64,000 nt of DNA from assembly GCA_020536535.1 (NCBI GenBank), contig JAHLWZ010000163.1:1-64000 (forward strand), read 5' to 3'. Below the pieces are notes generated by a model that was not told the DNA's origin, ran no database searches, and saw only the letters and a program-made list of their open reading frames with translations. The position numbers and the translations under genes are program-made. The DNA comes from Pelomyxa schiedti. Lineage: Eukaryota; Protista; Evosea. This document shows, piece after piece, positions 49,986 through 63,686 of this stretch (positions are counted from its first letter, which is position 1; each line of letters begins with the position of its first letter).

Positions 49986-52900
49986 TCACTCAGCCGAGGC
50001 CGAATCAGAGTGCATTGGGCCGCTGTTTTGGTGCGTAGCCACGCGCTTCTCCAGGTCCTTGTCGTGGTCCGCCAGCAGCGTGATCGTGTTGTTCCATGAG
50101 GCCAGGACCCGCGCCTTGTCGGACGCGTCCGACGCTGTCACGACCATGGAGGTAGTCCCAGAGTGCATCTCCCACGCGTTCTTGACCTTGTGCCCGAGGA
50201 CGTCCTGGCCGTCGACCAGGTTTCGGACGCGCGATGAGCGGAGCTCGACGCTGAGTTTCACGGTCTGCTTCTTCTTGGAACTCGCTGGCTTGTCCGTAAG
50301 AAGCAAGCGGTCGTTGAAAAGTAGGTAATGCCGCTTTTTGGTCTGCCCAGTCTCAGGGTCTAAGATTAGAACGTCGCCTTCGCTGGGAAATTAGGGTGAG
50401 ATTTTTGGTAGAGGGGATTGGATTTTAAATTGTTTGCGTACTCTACGAAGTATCGGTCCCAGGATACAAACTCCTCCTATGGGTTTGTTTCAGTTTGTGT
50501 GTATGGTAGAAGTGTACACAAATGTAAATTTACATAGAGCTTTTACCTTGGGTTTTGGGGAGAGAATCTTTGTGAATTGTTGCAGTTGGCGGTACTTCTG
50601 TAGTTCCGATTCACTTCTTATCTGTGTATAAGGTGAATATGAAATTTGATCCTGGTGACAGAACCTGTGATTCCTTGGCTTTTTGGAGTAGAATCTGGAA
50701 TGCGGACACTGCATTTTCCAGATTCTCGTAATCCAAATGGTGGGGCTCGGTGTTGTCACGGAATTGCTATTAGTACAACTAGTAAGGAACTTGTTGAAAG
50801 AGGACGAAGAGAAACCATAAGCATTGTAACATAACGTGAAAGTCTCTACCACTACGTTAGACAATAACTAAACAGAAACAGACCTACCTGGACTGGTAAG
50901 ACCAAAAATGCAGGTAATGTACTAGACTGATCTCTGAAGAGTTGTTTCTCACAGATCTGTAATCAAAATGAGTGTTGATTGCCTGGCATCAAGAAGTAAG
51001 AACCTTCGCGAAATTCTTGAACTTAGTGTTAGACAAGATCGCATCTTGAAGCGTGTGTGTCCCTCGGATGTAGGAAGAGACATATAATTCGTATGCATTC
51101 AGAAAGTCAGAGGTACGAATCTAGGAAATGTTATTTCATGATAGTGAAGAGCCAACATACCAGATCTACAAATACTTTCCCCAGGCAACTGCACTTGTTC
51201 CAATCGAGAGAGTTATCATGTAGTTTTTCGGCTAGTCGAGTACTGTATTGGCAAAGGTCTCTGAAGCTTGTTTAAAAAGAGGATACTCTTCCAATGCAAA
51301 CGCACAATATGTTTCCAAAGATGTTTGAGATTTGGTATTGTGTGAGCAGCGGCTTCGACTTGTGAATTCCAGCCGCAAGAGGGTCCAGGACAACAGTTTT
51401 TAGGGTGGTAAGAAGGGATGCATATTGATCTTCTGACCGAGTTAACTCCATGCACACAATCTGGCGGGGTGTTCCTGCAACGGGTAAATTTGAAAAAAAC
51501 TGGGGAAAAAAGTAACACACCAACTTCTTTCCACCATTGCCGTGTTGTATATCCTCTCCATACTTTTTGAATCATAATAGCTGCCTCTTCGTCAGAAAAT
51601 CGTCTCTACGGCTAATTATTGGGTGTGACAGTAGAAGTTTTCGCACCATGACTGGGGCTGGGGCGGGTTGTTCTGCATGTGGAACGAGAGATGGAGGTGC
51701 CAATAGGACTGGGGGCTTGCTTGAGGTTGTAGAGGAGGCTCCAGTCTGCCCTTCAACATTTCTGGGGCGCTGGTAGGAGGTGAAACACTGGCATTGATTG
51801 ATTTGGCGTACACGTTTCACTGATGTTCTGGGATCTCGGGTAGCAGCGGCATTCATAATCTTGAATCTTGTTCCCCAGTTCTTGATTCCAATTGAAGTTA
51901 GGTATTCATCTGTGAAGGAAGAAACTTTAGATCAGGAGGAATAGAAGAATAGCCAACCTTCCAATTTTGGGAGGTCTTCCAACTTTATATTGTTCTTTAA
52001 GAAAATTTGGATCACTGTTTTGTCCATGTGCATTTTCTCCAGCCACAATTCGATGTCTTCAGAATGTAATTACGGAGAATAGAGTATATATGGCGGACCT
52101 GTTTTTACTTGAAGTGTTGAGCTTGCTAATATTTCTTGTTTTACACTGGCTAGTGAAAAGTCAGAAGGATCAATGATTCTTGTAAAAGTTAAAAAGGAAC
52201 GAAAAATATGGGAGGAAAACTTGGTTGCAGGAGCAGGTGATACGCAGGATAGGGAGGAGGACCTTGAGTATGTTAGGAGAAAAAGTTTAATAAAAAAAGG
52301 AAAAGCTAACATTACAACAGATGAGGTCGCAGATTTCCTTTCAGGCATAGAAAGTGAAGGGTTGCGCTCATGGCTGGTGGGAGTAGGTCTCCTAGTCAAA
52401 TATTACTAGGAGATTAAAGATTGATGAGCCCAACATTAGTAGTGGAGGAACCCTCAGATCAGGAACCCCATCTGAATCAGAGGAACTACTCGGGATACCA
52501 CCCGGTTGGAGACTTGTACTTGATGAGACTTGTGGTTTCGGGGGAAGCCTTGGCGGGAGTGGTGGTGCTTCTTCCTCCTCTTCCCCTCCATCTCTTGTAC
52601 TTGATGGTGGTGGACTTTGTTCAGGATCCGCCTGTTGTCTTTCCTTCTCATTTTCATTTTCACTATTGTCATCAGAATCCTCACTGTTTTCTTTGCTTTC
52701 ATTCTCATTTTCATCATTTTCAGACTGCTGGTACATGGGGGCAATTTGCCTGGAGGCAATGGCTGCCCAGTAGAGATCAGGAATACTTGCTGGTAGCTGT
52801 GAAAACGTGAGAAGATGTCTATTGGGGGAACAAAATATCTGCCTTGTAACCAAGTTTTACTTGATCAAACAAATGCATGCTTAGGGTAAATTCTTCTTCA

Positions 52901-55900
52901 GATAAACTTCCAGATTTTTCTGTGTTATTTAAGAACTTTGTGATTGTTAGAGGGATATAGTACGTGGATCACACAGGAACCAGATCTTTCTTAGTGTTGA
53001 GACTGGAAGTCCCGATGACATCCACAGTTGCTTTATTTGGTCAGGTGCGGCTCTGTTCATGCCTGAGACTTTAGGCAACTCAGCAAACATCTTGGCATAG
53101 GAATTTCGCATTGCCCACGGAATTGAAAGGCCCGCTTCTTGGCCTGAAGACTACTAAAGAGTAAATTATGGTAAAAAAAAGAGAGTGCACATACAGAGGA
53201 CAGTGGCTGTGCAACAAATGTGGATGGCATCTGGGTATTTGAGAGTTGACTAGGAGCCACTGGTTGTGTCTTGGGCGGCGGAACAGGGACTCCCGGCAAT
53301 ATGGAAGGAGATGCAGATCCCATAGAAGATCGAAGTTGTGAACTCTTTGCTGGTAAAGGTGGGGGTAAATCTTCAACTTCAGGACTTGCTTTAACTGGAG
53401 GCATGGTGGGAGTCAACAGATCTGCTACAGAAATCTTATTAAATTCTTCCTTCCTGCTTGTAGGCGTTCCCTTCAGCTGATTCAGAATATCAAATGTTGA
53501 CTCGGAAGTTTCTTTGCTAAGATCTATGTTTGGGGATACTTCAACCTAAAAAAAGAGCAATAATTAGAGGAATTCGCATAGCTTAGCTGTACTGTAGCTT
53601 TCTTCGGCGGAAGTGGTGGAGGAGCATCTTCCTCCTCAGCTATCGACCCAATTTCCTAAGCAGTATGGTTCATACAGAAGGAAGGAGGTTTCACTTCATA
53701 AATCTTTAGCATACCTTGAAAAGAGAATTTGAAGGCGGAGCCATAGTTGCTAAGATGGGAGGTTTTGGACCCATGGGAGGGGGTGGTGGGCGTGTGGGTG
53801 AAGGTGGTATCTGAATGGGAGTTGGAGGGAGTGTGTGCACTGGAGCTGGTGGAAGTGACTGTGCTGGAGTTGGGTGTGGAGTTGGAGGAAGTGAATGAGT
53901 TGGAGTTGGGGGGAGTGAGTGTGCTGGTGTTGGAGGGAGTGTGTGTGCTGGGGGGAGTACATGTGTTGTTGGAATGGGTGGAAGTGTCAGACTTGGGAGC
54001 TGGGGTCCTTTGGTGGCACTCACTGTTGCAGGCTGTAGTAAAAGTGAGGGGGAGGCAAGATCACTGCTCGATCCACGCCCAGCATTTGATGTTGGAGAAA
54101 GTTGAACTGGTTGCACACTAATATCAAAATCTACAAATGCAGAAGAATTCGACTTAGGGGAAGGCAAAGTCGGTGCCAGACTGGATGGTGAAGATGGAGG
54201 GGGCCTAAGCGGTAATGGCTTGTGGACAGGAGGTTCAGACTCAAAGAGCAATGATTCAAAATTAAACTTGGGAGCAGTTTTGGAGGTTGAAAAAAGGTCT
54301 ACTTCGTTTTGAGGTTTTGTTGCAGCAGACAAGTTCAAAGTGGGCACTGTTGTGAAGGAAGATGTGGTGGAAAACATTGAGGTAGTGGTATCAAATGTAC
54401 TCCAGAGACTAGTATCTGCAGTGGGTCGAGGCTTGGGGGGAACTGTAGGTTGCTGCAAGGGAATAGTCGAAGAAATTGCTGCCAAGGGGGGAGGGGAGTC
54501 AGATTCGGTACCCTGTTCCATAGGTTCCACTGTGGTGGATAAAGGAATTGGTTTTGAGATTGTGGAATCTCCAAATACACTTACACCAGCTCCAAAAGAC
54601 GATTGGCTAGACTTTAGAGAGGAATTGGCAACTGCAGGCTGGGCGGGACTGGTGAAAAGTAATTCCATTGTCGACTGTGCAGAAGTTGTGGAACTAGAGG
54701 CAGGCCACAGTGATTTTGGTGGAGGAACTGGGGGTTGTGGTGGTAGTTGTGGTTGCGGTTTGGCAGCTGGCCATAAAGAAGTGCTCTTTTGTGGAGGTAC
54801 AGGATTCGTCAAGTTTGTGGCCGGCTTGCTTTCTTCCCGAGTAGGCTCTGGCAGCACAGGGGGAGGCTTAGGCATGGGGAGGGGTACAGCGGCGTGTTGC
54901 GGTTTAACTAGCTGTTGCTTTTGAAGTTCGGTTATCAGTGATTGAGGAAGTGGTTTCTCAAAAGTTGTTTCTTGTGGTAGCCTGGGTGCGATTTGTGGTT
55001 CTGATCGAACTCCTGTTACAACATTTCCTTGAGAGACGGTACCTTTATAACCAGACTGTTGAATATTGACTGGAATAGAATCCAAGAAGACGTTGGAAAC
55101 ACCAAGAACTGATACACTGAGCGAAGGAGAAGGGACAGAGCTGGAATCCCGGAAGGGGTTCGGCGCAGACGGAAGTGGTTTTGCAGGAATAGTTGGTTGT
55201 TGGGGGTTGGGGTGACTTACTTTTTCTACACAGACTACAGGTGTTGATGATAAGAGAGAGGGTATCACTGCTGGCGTCTGCGTTACTGTGGATGCTATAT
55301 TTGATTGAAAGGGATTTAGAGGGGAGATTGGAGGTAATGTTATAGGACTTGAGGTGACTTTGAAAGGATTTGGAGTTTCGGTTTGAGGAAAGGTTGCTAT
55401 AGGACTTGAGGTGGCTTTAAAGGGATTTGGAGTTTCAAGACTTAAATTCCCGTTCGAGGAAGTCCAGTTGTTGGTATTATTCGGAGGTTGAGTTTGCATA
55501 GTTGGTATGGAAGCCGTAGGAAGAGACAGTGGTATGTTATCGGTGAATATATTTGAAACTCCCGGAACAGACACCTTCGGCGTTTGGAGAGGCGATGACT
55601 GTATTTGACATAGAAAGGGATTCTTTGTATTAGAACTCCGCACTTCTAGACCCAAGAATAAGATGTAGTTTTAGGAGGGGCAGTACATACCAGATGATAT
55701 AGGTTTTGGAGGAACACGGAAAGGGTTTGGGGTTGTAGCTGCATCTAATCTTGCCTAAAAAAGACAGTAAACACAAGTTTAAACCAGGAAGTTTTCACAC
55801 TGGCAACGGATTTTCAGGTGCAGGAAACAATGATTGCGAAGTACCACTATTAGCCCAAGGGTTATTGGTATTCATTGCTGGTCCTATTGCCTGGAAGTAA

Positions 55901-57096
55901 CTTGGTTAAAAGAAACCAAGGAATATTTCTCTAATTTATTGTTTAAGTTTAGTAGCTGATATCTATAAAATAGGAAAGTACTTGCATCTGAGGAGCTTGT
56001 GGTTGGATCGTGAGCTGTGCAGAACTCTGGGGTGTTTGTTAGGCTAATTTCACAGACTCAGAAAAGGAACCTGTGGAAAAGACATTTGCGTTTGTGCTAC
56101 CATTTGGGGCTGAATTACCGCAGGAGAAAGTGTAGGCCGAGGAACTGCTGATTCTCCTTGCTTCAAATTTGTGGAACTTAGACTGGTGCCAACTCCAAAC
56201 AAACCAGGGGCTTGAGGGGGATTGGTTTGTGTCAATTGGCCAGAAGTGGGCTGCTGCAAAATATGGGATTGGAAAGTGGAGCCTCCTTGCCAACTGGTGT
56301 TTGACTGGGCAGACATGCCAGTACTTCCCAAAAGACTAAGTGCACCAGTGGCTTGAGTGTTGTTATTTGACCCAAGAAGAGTTAAAGAATTTCCCTGAGT
56401 CTGTACAGGGGATCCAGATGCCATGAATTGCAGATTAGGTGAAGAGGATGATTTTGCAGAGGTAAGCAATGGGTTCCCTTGGGGTACCATTTGAGTGGCT
56501 TGCAAACTGACCAACTGTGGAGTGGTAGCAGCTTGAAACGGAATTGTGGGCTGCTGTGGATTCAAAGCCTGAGTTTGAGGAGGCCACACACCAGTATTCA
56601 TAGGCCCAGAAATCGAGGGAGAACCCATAATTGCGGCAGAGGGGCCAAAGAGGCCCCCAGACCCCGAAGCATCAAACGGTGATGGCGTCATGCCAACTGA
56701 AACCCCAAAACCGCCGCCCCCAAGTTGTCCCTGGATCTGACCCTGAGGGAACTGAAATTGAGCCTGAGCTTGAGGCTGCCCAAACATCCCACCAAAGGGA
56801 TTGACTGCCTGTTGCATCTGTTGTTGCTGAATCTGCTGAGTGGAAAACCCAGGAGGCACAGCGGACACGAAAGACGACGAGGCTCCATAGGTGGCGGCGG
56901 TTGTCCTCTGCAACGGAACGTTAATTGTGGGAGCGGTTGCAAGTCCCTCCTGGAACAGCGATCTGTAGTCCTTCTTGGGAGTCGCCGACTGCGGCCCGGT
57001 GGTTGTCGGCTTCTGCGGGGTGGACGGCAAAGACTTGATTGTGGGAGTGGCGAAGGGGTCGTCTGGGCGACTGGGGAACAAGTCCTGGTGGCTCAT
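49986..57096 (-). CDS. Large endocytic RhoGEF: NPF-rich region, EH, SAM, IQ, DH, PH
   Basis: EH: YAKMFAEL..SGLPVSTLRKIWFLCD..GSLSEEEFTLSMHL; SAM: DIELWLEKMHM..YLTSIGIKNWGTRFKI; IQ: IQKVWRGY; DH: ELTRSEDQY, FLVLPVQ; PH: HYLLFNDRLLL. Confidence 0.8.
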
Positions 57097-57361
57097 CCCC
57101 AAATCGTATTTTTTTATAACAGGTTACTTGAAAGGCGAGACTTTCTTTATTGGGGAATCGTTGTTTGATGGCATGGGATTGGGAGTTTGGTGTCCAAAGA
57201 GGTGTTATTCTAGGGTACATGTGATGTTGGGGAGAATATAATGACACAGGTGGTACTAGTTGAGTGGTACTGAGCAATCAATACCACAATCAATAGACAA
57301 ACATGGGGAAGTAGGCACACAGGGGAGGAAAGTGTGGTGTGTCTGTGACTAGATAAATCCC

Positions 57362-60300
57362 TCAGTCTTCCCATGCGTGGGAGTTGGCGTGTGAATTGGG
57401 ATGATGGGACTTATCGTCGGCGGCGCTGCTACTGCTGGCACTGCTGCTGCTTCCACTGCTACTGCTACTGCTACTACTGCTAAACACAGTAGGCGGGCTG
57501 GTACTGTTTGTCAATACTAAGAATATTACTATGGCAGCCACAATGATCATTAGAAGTAAGAGCAGAATTCCGGCGATGAGAAGAACTGCGATTGTTAGAT
57601 CCTATTTTCTTCTGGGGGAGGGTGGATACCTTTCTTTTTTTTGGAGGACTTCTTTGGTATGAGACTGGTTTTATCGTTGGGATTTTCATTGATCGGGTTG
57701 CTGTTGAGTGTTTGTTGCATCCCCTCAATTCGTTTGGCAATTTCCACAGTGGCACCCACTGTTTCCATGAGCAGGGCATCTTTGTTCACCATAACCAGCC
57801 CGTCAACCTTCTCCCCATTCCTTAGTTTTAATAGAACAGCATTAGTACACTTGTGAAGTTATTTGCACTAAAGAAGAGGCATACTCTAAGTCGACTTTGT
57901 AGGTGGTGTCAACAACTGCATGCGGAAAGACCTCTCGTAATTCTTGGGCAATAATACCATGTTGGTGTTCATTTCCTGTATTTCCGGTTGCCATTCCTTT
58001 CTTTACAAATTTTAGACCTCCAAAAATTACAATAAAACAACCTTCATTTTATAATCATATAACTTGAGCTGAGATATTTTCTTCAGTTGGTCACTTGTGT
58101 CAAGAGGGGTGATATCTTCTTTTACTCGTACATCTTGTTCCGATTAGTCGGATACAAAAAAGTGGAACTACCAGAGGGTTGGTAGATTGTGCCAGTTAGT
58201 GCTATGTTGCCGACAACGGATAGGGCTTCTGTAGGCTGTGTTGTATTTATACCAACTTTACCCTCAAGGTAAGTAGTGTGAGCTGATGGAATGGAAGATT
58301 TTATGGGAGTCGGAATTTCTGGGGGGTTGCTCTGCTGTATGACTGGTCCAGGTTGTGGCGCAAAAGATTGGGACGTACATTGCTGCTCCCTCTGTACCTG
58401 AGCCTGTACAGTGGGTGGTTGAGTGATTACAGTATCCTGTTTCGGCAATTGGTTATCTTGCTGAGGTAGCGAGGGGTTTGAATGTGTACAATTCTGAGCT
58501 TGCTTGGCAAGCTCAAGTTGTAATTGTTGTAATTGCTGTAATTGTTGCAGTTGTTGCGAAAGTTCCAGCTGTACCTGAATTTCGCGAAGTTGCTGCTGAA
58601 TGTCAGGTGACGGTGGCTTTCGTTGTAACTGTGATTGAGGTGGCTGCGGTTGCACTTGTAGTTGTGGTTGTGGTTGTGGTTGCAGCACAGGGGTAGGCAC
58701 GGACCGGGCTAATGGCATTTGAAGTTGGAGTTGCTGTTGCTGGAGCTGCTGTAGCTGTTGCTGTTGTGTTTGTGGTGCCTGCATTTGAAGTTGCGGTGGC
58801 GGTATTTTGAGTTGTGGCTGTGGCTGAGTAGCAACGTGGGGTTGAGGTTGCACATGGAATTGAGTTTCTGTCATGTGTGGTTGGGAATGGAGTGGCACTG
58901 GTGTTTGCTGTGGGATACTGGGTTGAGAATGTGAATACTGAGATTGTGGATGCCTGTGCACTAATGTTGATCCTGTTTGGACCTGACTTACCCGCTGAGG
59001 CGCAGGAGCGAGTTTTGACTGTGTGTCTGAGTCGTGGTTGTCTGCTAGGGGAAAATAAGAAAGCATAAGAGTAAATTGGAAGATTCACCACAAGTTTGTT
59101 TTGGTGACACAGTTTTGGAGTTGGTAGGAAGGTCAAATTCCTTCTATTTCCAATTTAGATGGTTATGATTACAGAAGATAAAGTGTACTTTAGTAGTAAG
59201 TTCTAATGTGGGTCTTGCAGCGCTATTGGAACTGCCACCTTCGGTTGAGGAGAATATTAAACTGCTCGGGTGAATAGAAGCGGTTGCCGGGACGCTCGAA
59301 ACCGCTGGTATCCCGTCCGAGCTCTTAGAGTGATAGTATTTGCCTGGATGATTCCCCCTCACGACAAGGGGATCAGACATACGGGAGATAATGGTTACAC
59401 TGGTTCCAGTTGCAGTGTTGGCAATCAATGAAACCACGAGCCGGAAGTATTCCTGTTTGTCCTTTTTACAGTTAGACTGGTTAGATCGCCATGGGGTGCA
59501 AGGAAAAACACCTTATTGCTACTGGAGTTGTGTGCAGTCGCCTTGGCAAAGTAGATTTTAGGCAATTTACACTAATTATGATCAGCCTTTTAAAAGACAA
59601 GGAGATTTTAACCTTTTGTCCATAGTGACAGGGGAAAAAAGATGAACATTTCTGTCTTTTATCTCGGGTGGTTGTGGTACAAAATAAATCCACCTGTGAA
59701 ATATTTGACATCGTCGAAGAGAAAAAAATAATTACGTTTTTAATGGGAGACGAATCGGCAATGACCCCAACAATTCCATATGAAAAGGACTCAATGGTTT
59801 GCCTTCTGTCTCCTAAGGAGGAAGAAGAAATAAACCTGAAGGAAAATGAGATCTTTCACTGGGTTTTTTGGCACACTTTGGAACATTAGGGCTGGTGAAA
59901 GTACAGCAGACTCTGAGTTGATTGCGTCGATAATGAACAAACGCAGTCAGTTCCTCGCTATACTGGTATCCAGATGCCTCTATTTCCAGACTGCAGACTC
60001 TAATTAAAGATTAGAAAATAAAGGTGGTATTAGTAAGGAAAATACACAGGAGAATAGGTTGCATCTAATACAACAATATTCGTAGATTGGTTTACTTTGT
60101 GCCATGAGAGACTTTTTGTGCTAGAACTTTCGCACGTCTTCACTGATTGTGTTTGATTGCCGGTAGTTTCAGTCACAGTTGGGTGGCTTCGTCGAGTTCC
60201 AGCTAAATTTTGGTTACTGTAGTTATTTTGCATCGGTAGAACAACCTAAAGGAGAATCATCAGCAATGAGTGAAGGTGTTTGCCACCTTGGAACAGACGT

Positions 60301-61352
60301 AATTGGGGCCGGGGATGCAGTATTTTGATGCAGAGCGATAGGTAAGGTACCGCTCGTTGATGTATGACTGTCGATATGGCGAATCAAGGGTGGATGGGCA
60401 ATGCCTTTTGAGGTTTTGTACTTGGCAGATTTAGGAGGTCGAACTGGCTTTGCTGTATCACTGCTGTCACTATTATCACTTTCCGATTCTCCTGCACTTA
60501 TATTTCCTTCGACGCGTCGTGTGGCTCCACCCTCTGCTGGTTGCGTTCCACTTCCATTTTCAGTTCCTAAATAGGCGGATGTGCTTCGCTGAGGAGTTTT
60601 GGAGCCGCTACCAAACAATTGGAAGTCTGGAATTGGCAACTGTGGTGGGGCTGATCCATGATTAAGGCCCACAGGGACAATTGATGGAGATACGTCCAGG
60701 GTGAACGGACTAACAGCTGAAGAGTAAGGAGGTTGAAACTGTGGGATTTTCTGCATTGTATGGGTTGCTTGCTGCATCAATGGGAAAAGGGGACTTATGG
60801 TAGGATTGAGGTGTTGCTGGTTATCCGTTCCCACTGCTGAAGTAACAGGGGACGATGTTGTGGACCCTTTAGGGGTCCTGCTTGGAGATGCTTGGGGTTG
60901 GGCGCCTAGGTCTGGTGATATAATACTACCTGTGTTGAGAAGAAACCTTTACAGTAAGCACTAGAAAATGGGGTAATGACCTGGTAAAGGGTAATCCAGG
61001 GGAATGGGCAAAGGTTCTACGGCGCTATTTCTCTATAAGAACCGAAAACCCGAAGAGAAGGAAATTTAAACCGGGAGTCCAATTGGTCCCCGGAATTGTT
61101 CATTGACCACAATAAGGCCTCTTGGTCGACTTCATGTACAAAGGACTCATAGGAGAGCTGGTTCCTCGCCACATTTTGTTGCTGTGGTAGTTGCGGTTGT
61201 TGCAGTTGATTAAAAGCAGAGGACTGCAACTGTTGCTGTTGAACTTGTTGTTGCTGCGACAACTGGCACAATTCCCAGACATTCGGCGCCATAGACGCAG
61301 ATCCGGAAGACGGATCACCAACACAGGGCTGAAAGGTTACTGCCGAACACAT
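57362..61352 (-). CDS. MYRF/MrfA-like membrane-tethered transcription factor (Ndt80 DBD + peptidase S74 ICA + TM), complete copy 2
   Basis: DBD as in copy 1; autocleavage motif QPS/DVRVKE; GIIAQELREVFPHAV; VNKDALLMETVGA; TM LLLLMIIVAAIVIFLVL. Start could be 61352 or the downstream MAPN. Confidence 0.9.
58064..60599. repeat. Direct repeat of window positions 1-2561 (high identity, with SNPs and indels)
   Basis: Direct sequence comparison of exons and introns. Confidence 0.97.
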
Positions 61353-61966
61353 TTTGCCACGTAGATCTCCGCCACGATTAATAACGCACCAAACAACACA
61401 ACGGGCTGTTGCGTGGTCTGGAAAGAAAAATAATGATGAGGATTCGAAAACGGGTGCGAAGGAAACATCACCAGACGTTTTTTGTGCAGGGCATTCCAAT
61501 CAAATCAAACGTATTCTGTGTTGATTCCGAGTCCAGCAGTCGCGACTGGAAAGCAGCACCAGATCGCGAAAGGTCTCTTCGGCTAATCGCAGATTGATTT
61601 TACATCAATGTTGCCTGTTTGGTGGATGAACTCTGATCAGGTAAAGAAGCCGATGAAATTTGATTCTTGCACCCTTCCAAGATGCCGTCCTTTCAAGAGC
61701 AAAAATCACCCCTGAGGGTTGGCCAACTTGATCATCGGAAATTCCAAACCGCGATTTATAAGTGACACAATTTACCTGCACCAACATTTCTCTTTCATAA
61801 TTAAAAAAAACAAACAACACCAACACGACACTTCAACCGCAGGTAGCGGTGACCACGACAGATCTGGTCGATAAGACCACGCAGCAAGATCCCCTACTAC
61901 ACAGGCACAGCCAAGATCGTTGTATAGAAAAAACGAACGATAAAACAAACATCGCGATGTTCGAGG

Positions 61967-63392
61967 ACGCACAAGGACAATACTACGGAGCGTACTCCGT
62001 TCCAAGCACGCCAACGTATGCCGAATACGCTCCGCCGATGACAACCACAACGACGGTTCAGAATGGAACTGTTACTGTCGATTTGCGAAATTATTTCCAC
62101 CTACCTGTACGCGCTTCCAAATTTTTTTTTTTTGCGCTTAACATTTGTTCAGATTCAGGTGGTTGCTGGTGAATTGGGAGTATGCACAACAATGCTTAAA
62201 CAGTTGTGCAGAAAGAACGGTATCCAGCGGTGGCCTTACCGCAAGGTATGTTATCCTTTTCGTTTTGTTTTCTCCATTCTTATTCTTTTCTAGATACAGA
62301 GCCTTAACAATAGCATCCATCAACTCGAATGTAAGTTGAGTGGCGCCGGTGGTGCTTTAGGCGAGAGTGTAAGAGCTCTTGCCCAAACACAACTTCTCAT
62401 CACTCGGGCAAAGAAAGACTTGCTCATTAACAACCCTAATGCTGATGTAGACCTTACATTCAAAGGTTTGCTTTATCCTCCGCACTCCCACATTTCTTAC
62501 GCAACTTCAGAATGGACAAAGATTGCCTCAGGAAAAAGCACTGGAACTATCATGACTCCCCTTTCCGATCTGCCTCCTCCACCGCAGCACACTGCAACAA
62601 TACGGCAGAAGAAGCGCATCTCTCGAGCTCTTTCTACTTATACCCCGCCAGCTACTCCTCAGCAGTGCACTCTCCCTATTAAGAGGTCATCTTCAGAAAA
62701 CCTGGAGTGCCAACGGAAGAAACCAAGGGTTGATGTTCCCACAATTCTTTGTATGTCATCTTTCAAATGCATTTGATTTTCTGCTAATATACTCCCAGCA
62801 CATCTGGAAGCCTTGAACAAGGACAGAGAAATACTCTCCGAGCACATAAGAAGATTATCCAATTTCCCGGAAAACTGTCAATCAGAGGATGGAATCAAGG
62901 AGATGGAGGAGCTAAATGGTAATTTCCGTGCTCCGCGGTCGAGTTTCATCTTACCTTTGAACAGACGAAAGCGAACTGCTCTTTGCCGAAAACACTTTGT
63001 TAACCATGATGCTCCAGTCTCAGGGAGCAAAACCTTGCGAGCAGACCGCTCAGCCGGTGGACCCGGCAACACCCCCGCCGATGCCTACACCCCCGGCAAC
63101 ACCACCCCCTTCCATAACACCACCCCCAATCACCCCGCCACCAAGGTCCTCTACCCCCTCCACCCCAACCCACACAACAAACACAGCAACCAGCACCCCT
63201 ATAAATACACCCGTTCCATCCACACCCAGCACGCCAACCACCTGCTCGGAGCCACCCTCCCCACTATCAGCAACCCAACAATCCGCAATGTGCCCCAGCA
63301 TCACCCAACAGCTGGAGAGCCACACTTGTCGTGTGGTATTCCTCCCGCCGCCACCAGCCCACTGGCTATCCACCACCGAAATCGAAGTGTGA
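61967..63392 (+). CDS. RWP-RK domain transcription factor
   Basis: [47 protein letters not shown]. Confidence 0.9.
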
Positions 63393-63686
63393 ATAACCCC
63401 AAACACCCTCACATCCCGCGCACATCGCCAAGGCACCCACACACTCCACACATACACACCAACCAATGTACCACCAAGTTATCAACACCACACCACAAAA
63501 CATACACACGTACATTAGAATGTATATGTTATCTGTGTGATAAGCCCATAACCGGGCCTATCACAGAAAACAAAATAATTACCTTGAATTCCATTGTCTT
63601 TACTTACAAGAGGAAAAAAGTATTCTTGTTTTTCCTTCACCCCATTCATTAGAATGTGTAGTATTTGTGCTTTTCAGCAGGCTTTC

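Noticed and set aside
5325-57096. Clustering of three RhoGEFs, three Rabs, a TBC GAP and an F-BAR protein as a functional gene cluster
   Set aside because: These families are typically much expanded in amoebae, so this density may be expected by chance
1-60599. The two MYRF copies as LTRs or terminal repeats of a 58-kb mobile element
   Set aside because: The repeats are intron-containing host genes, and the interior holds housekeeping genes with no integrase, transposase or capsid
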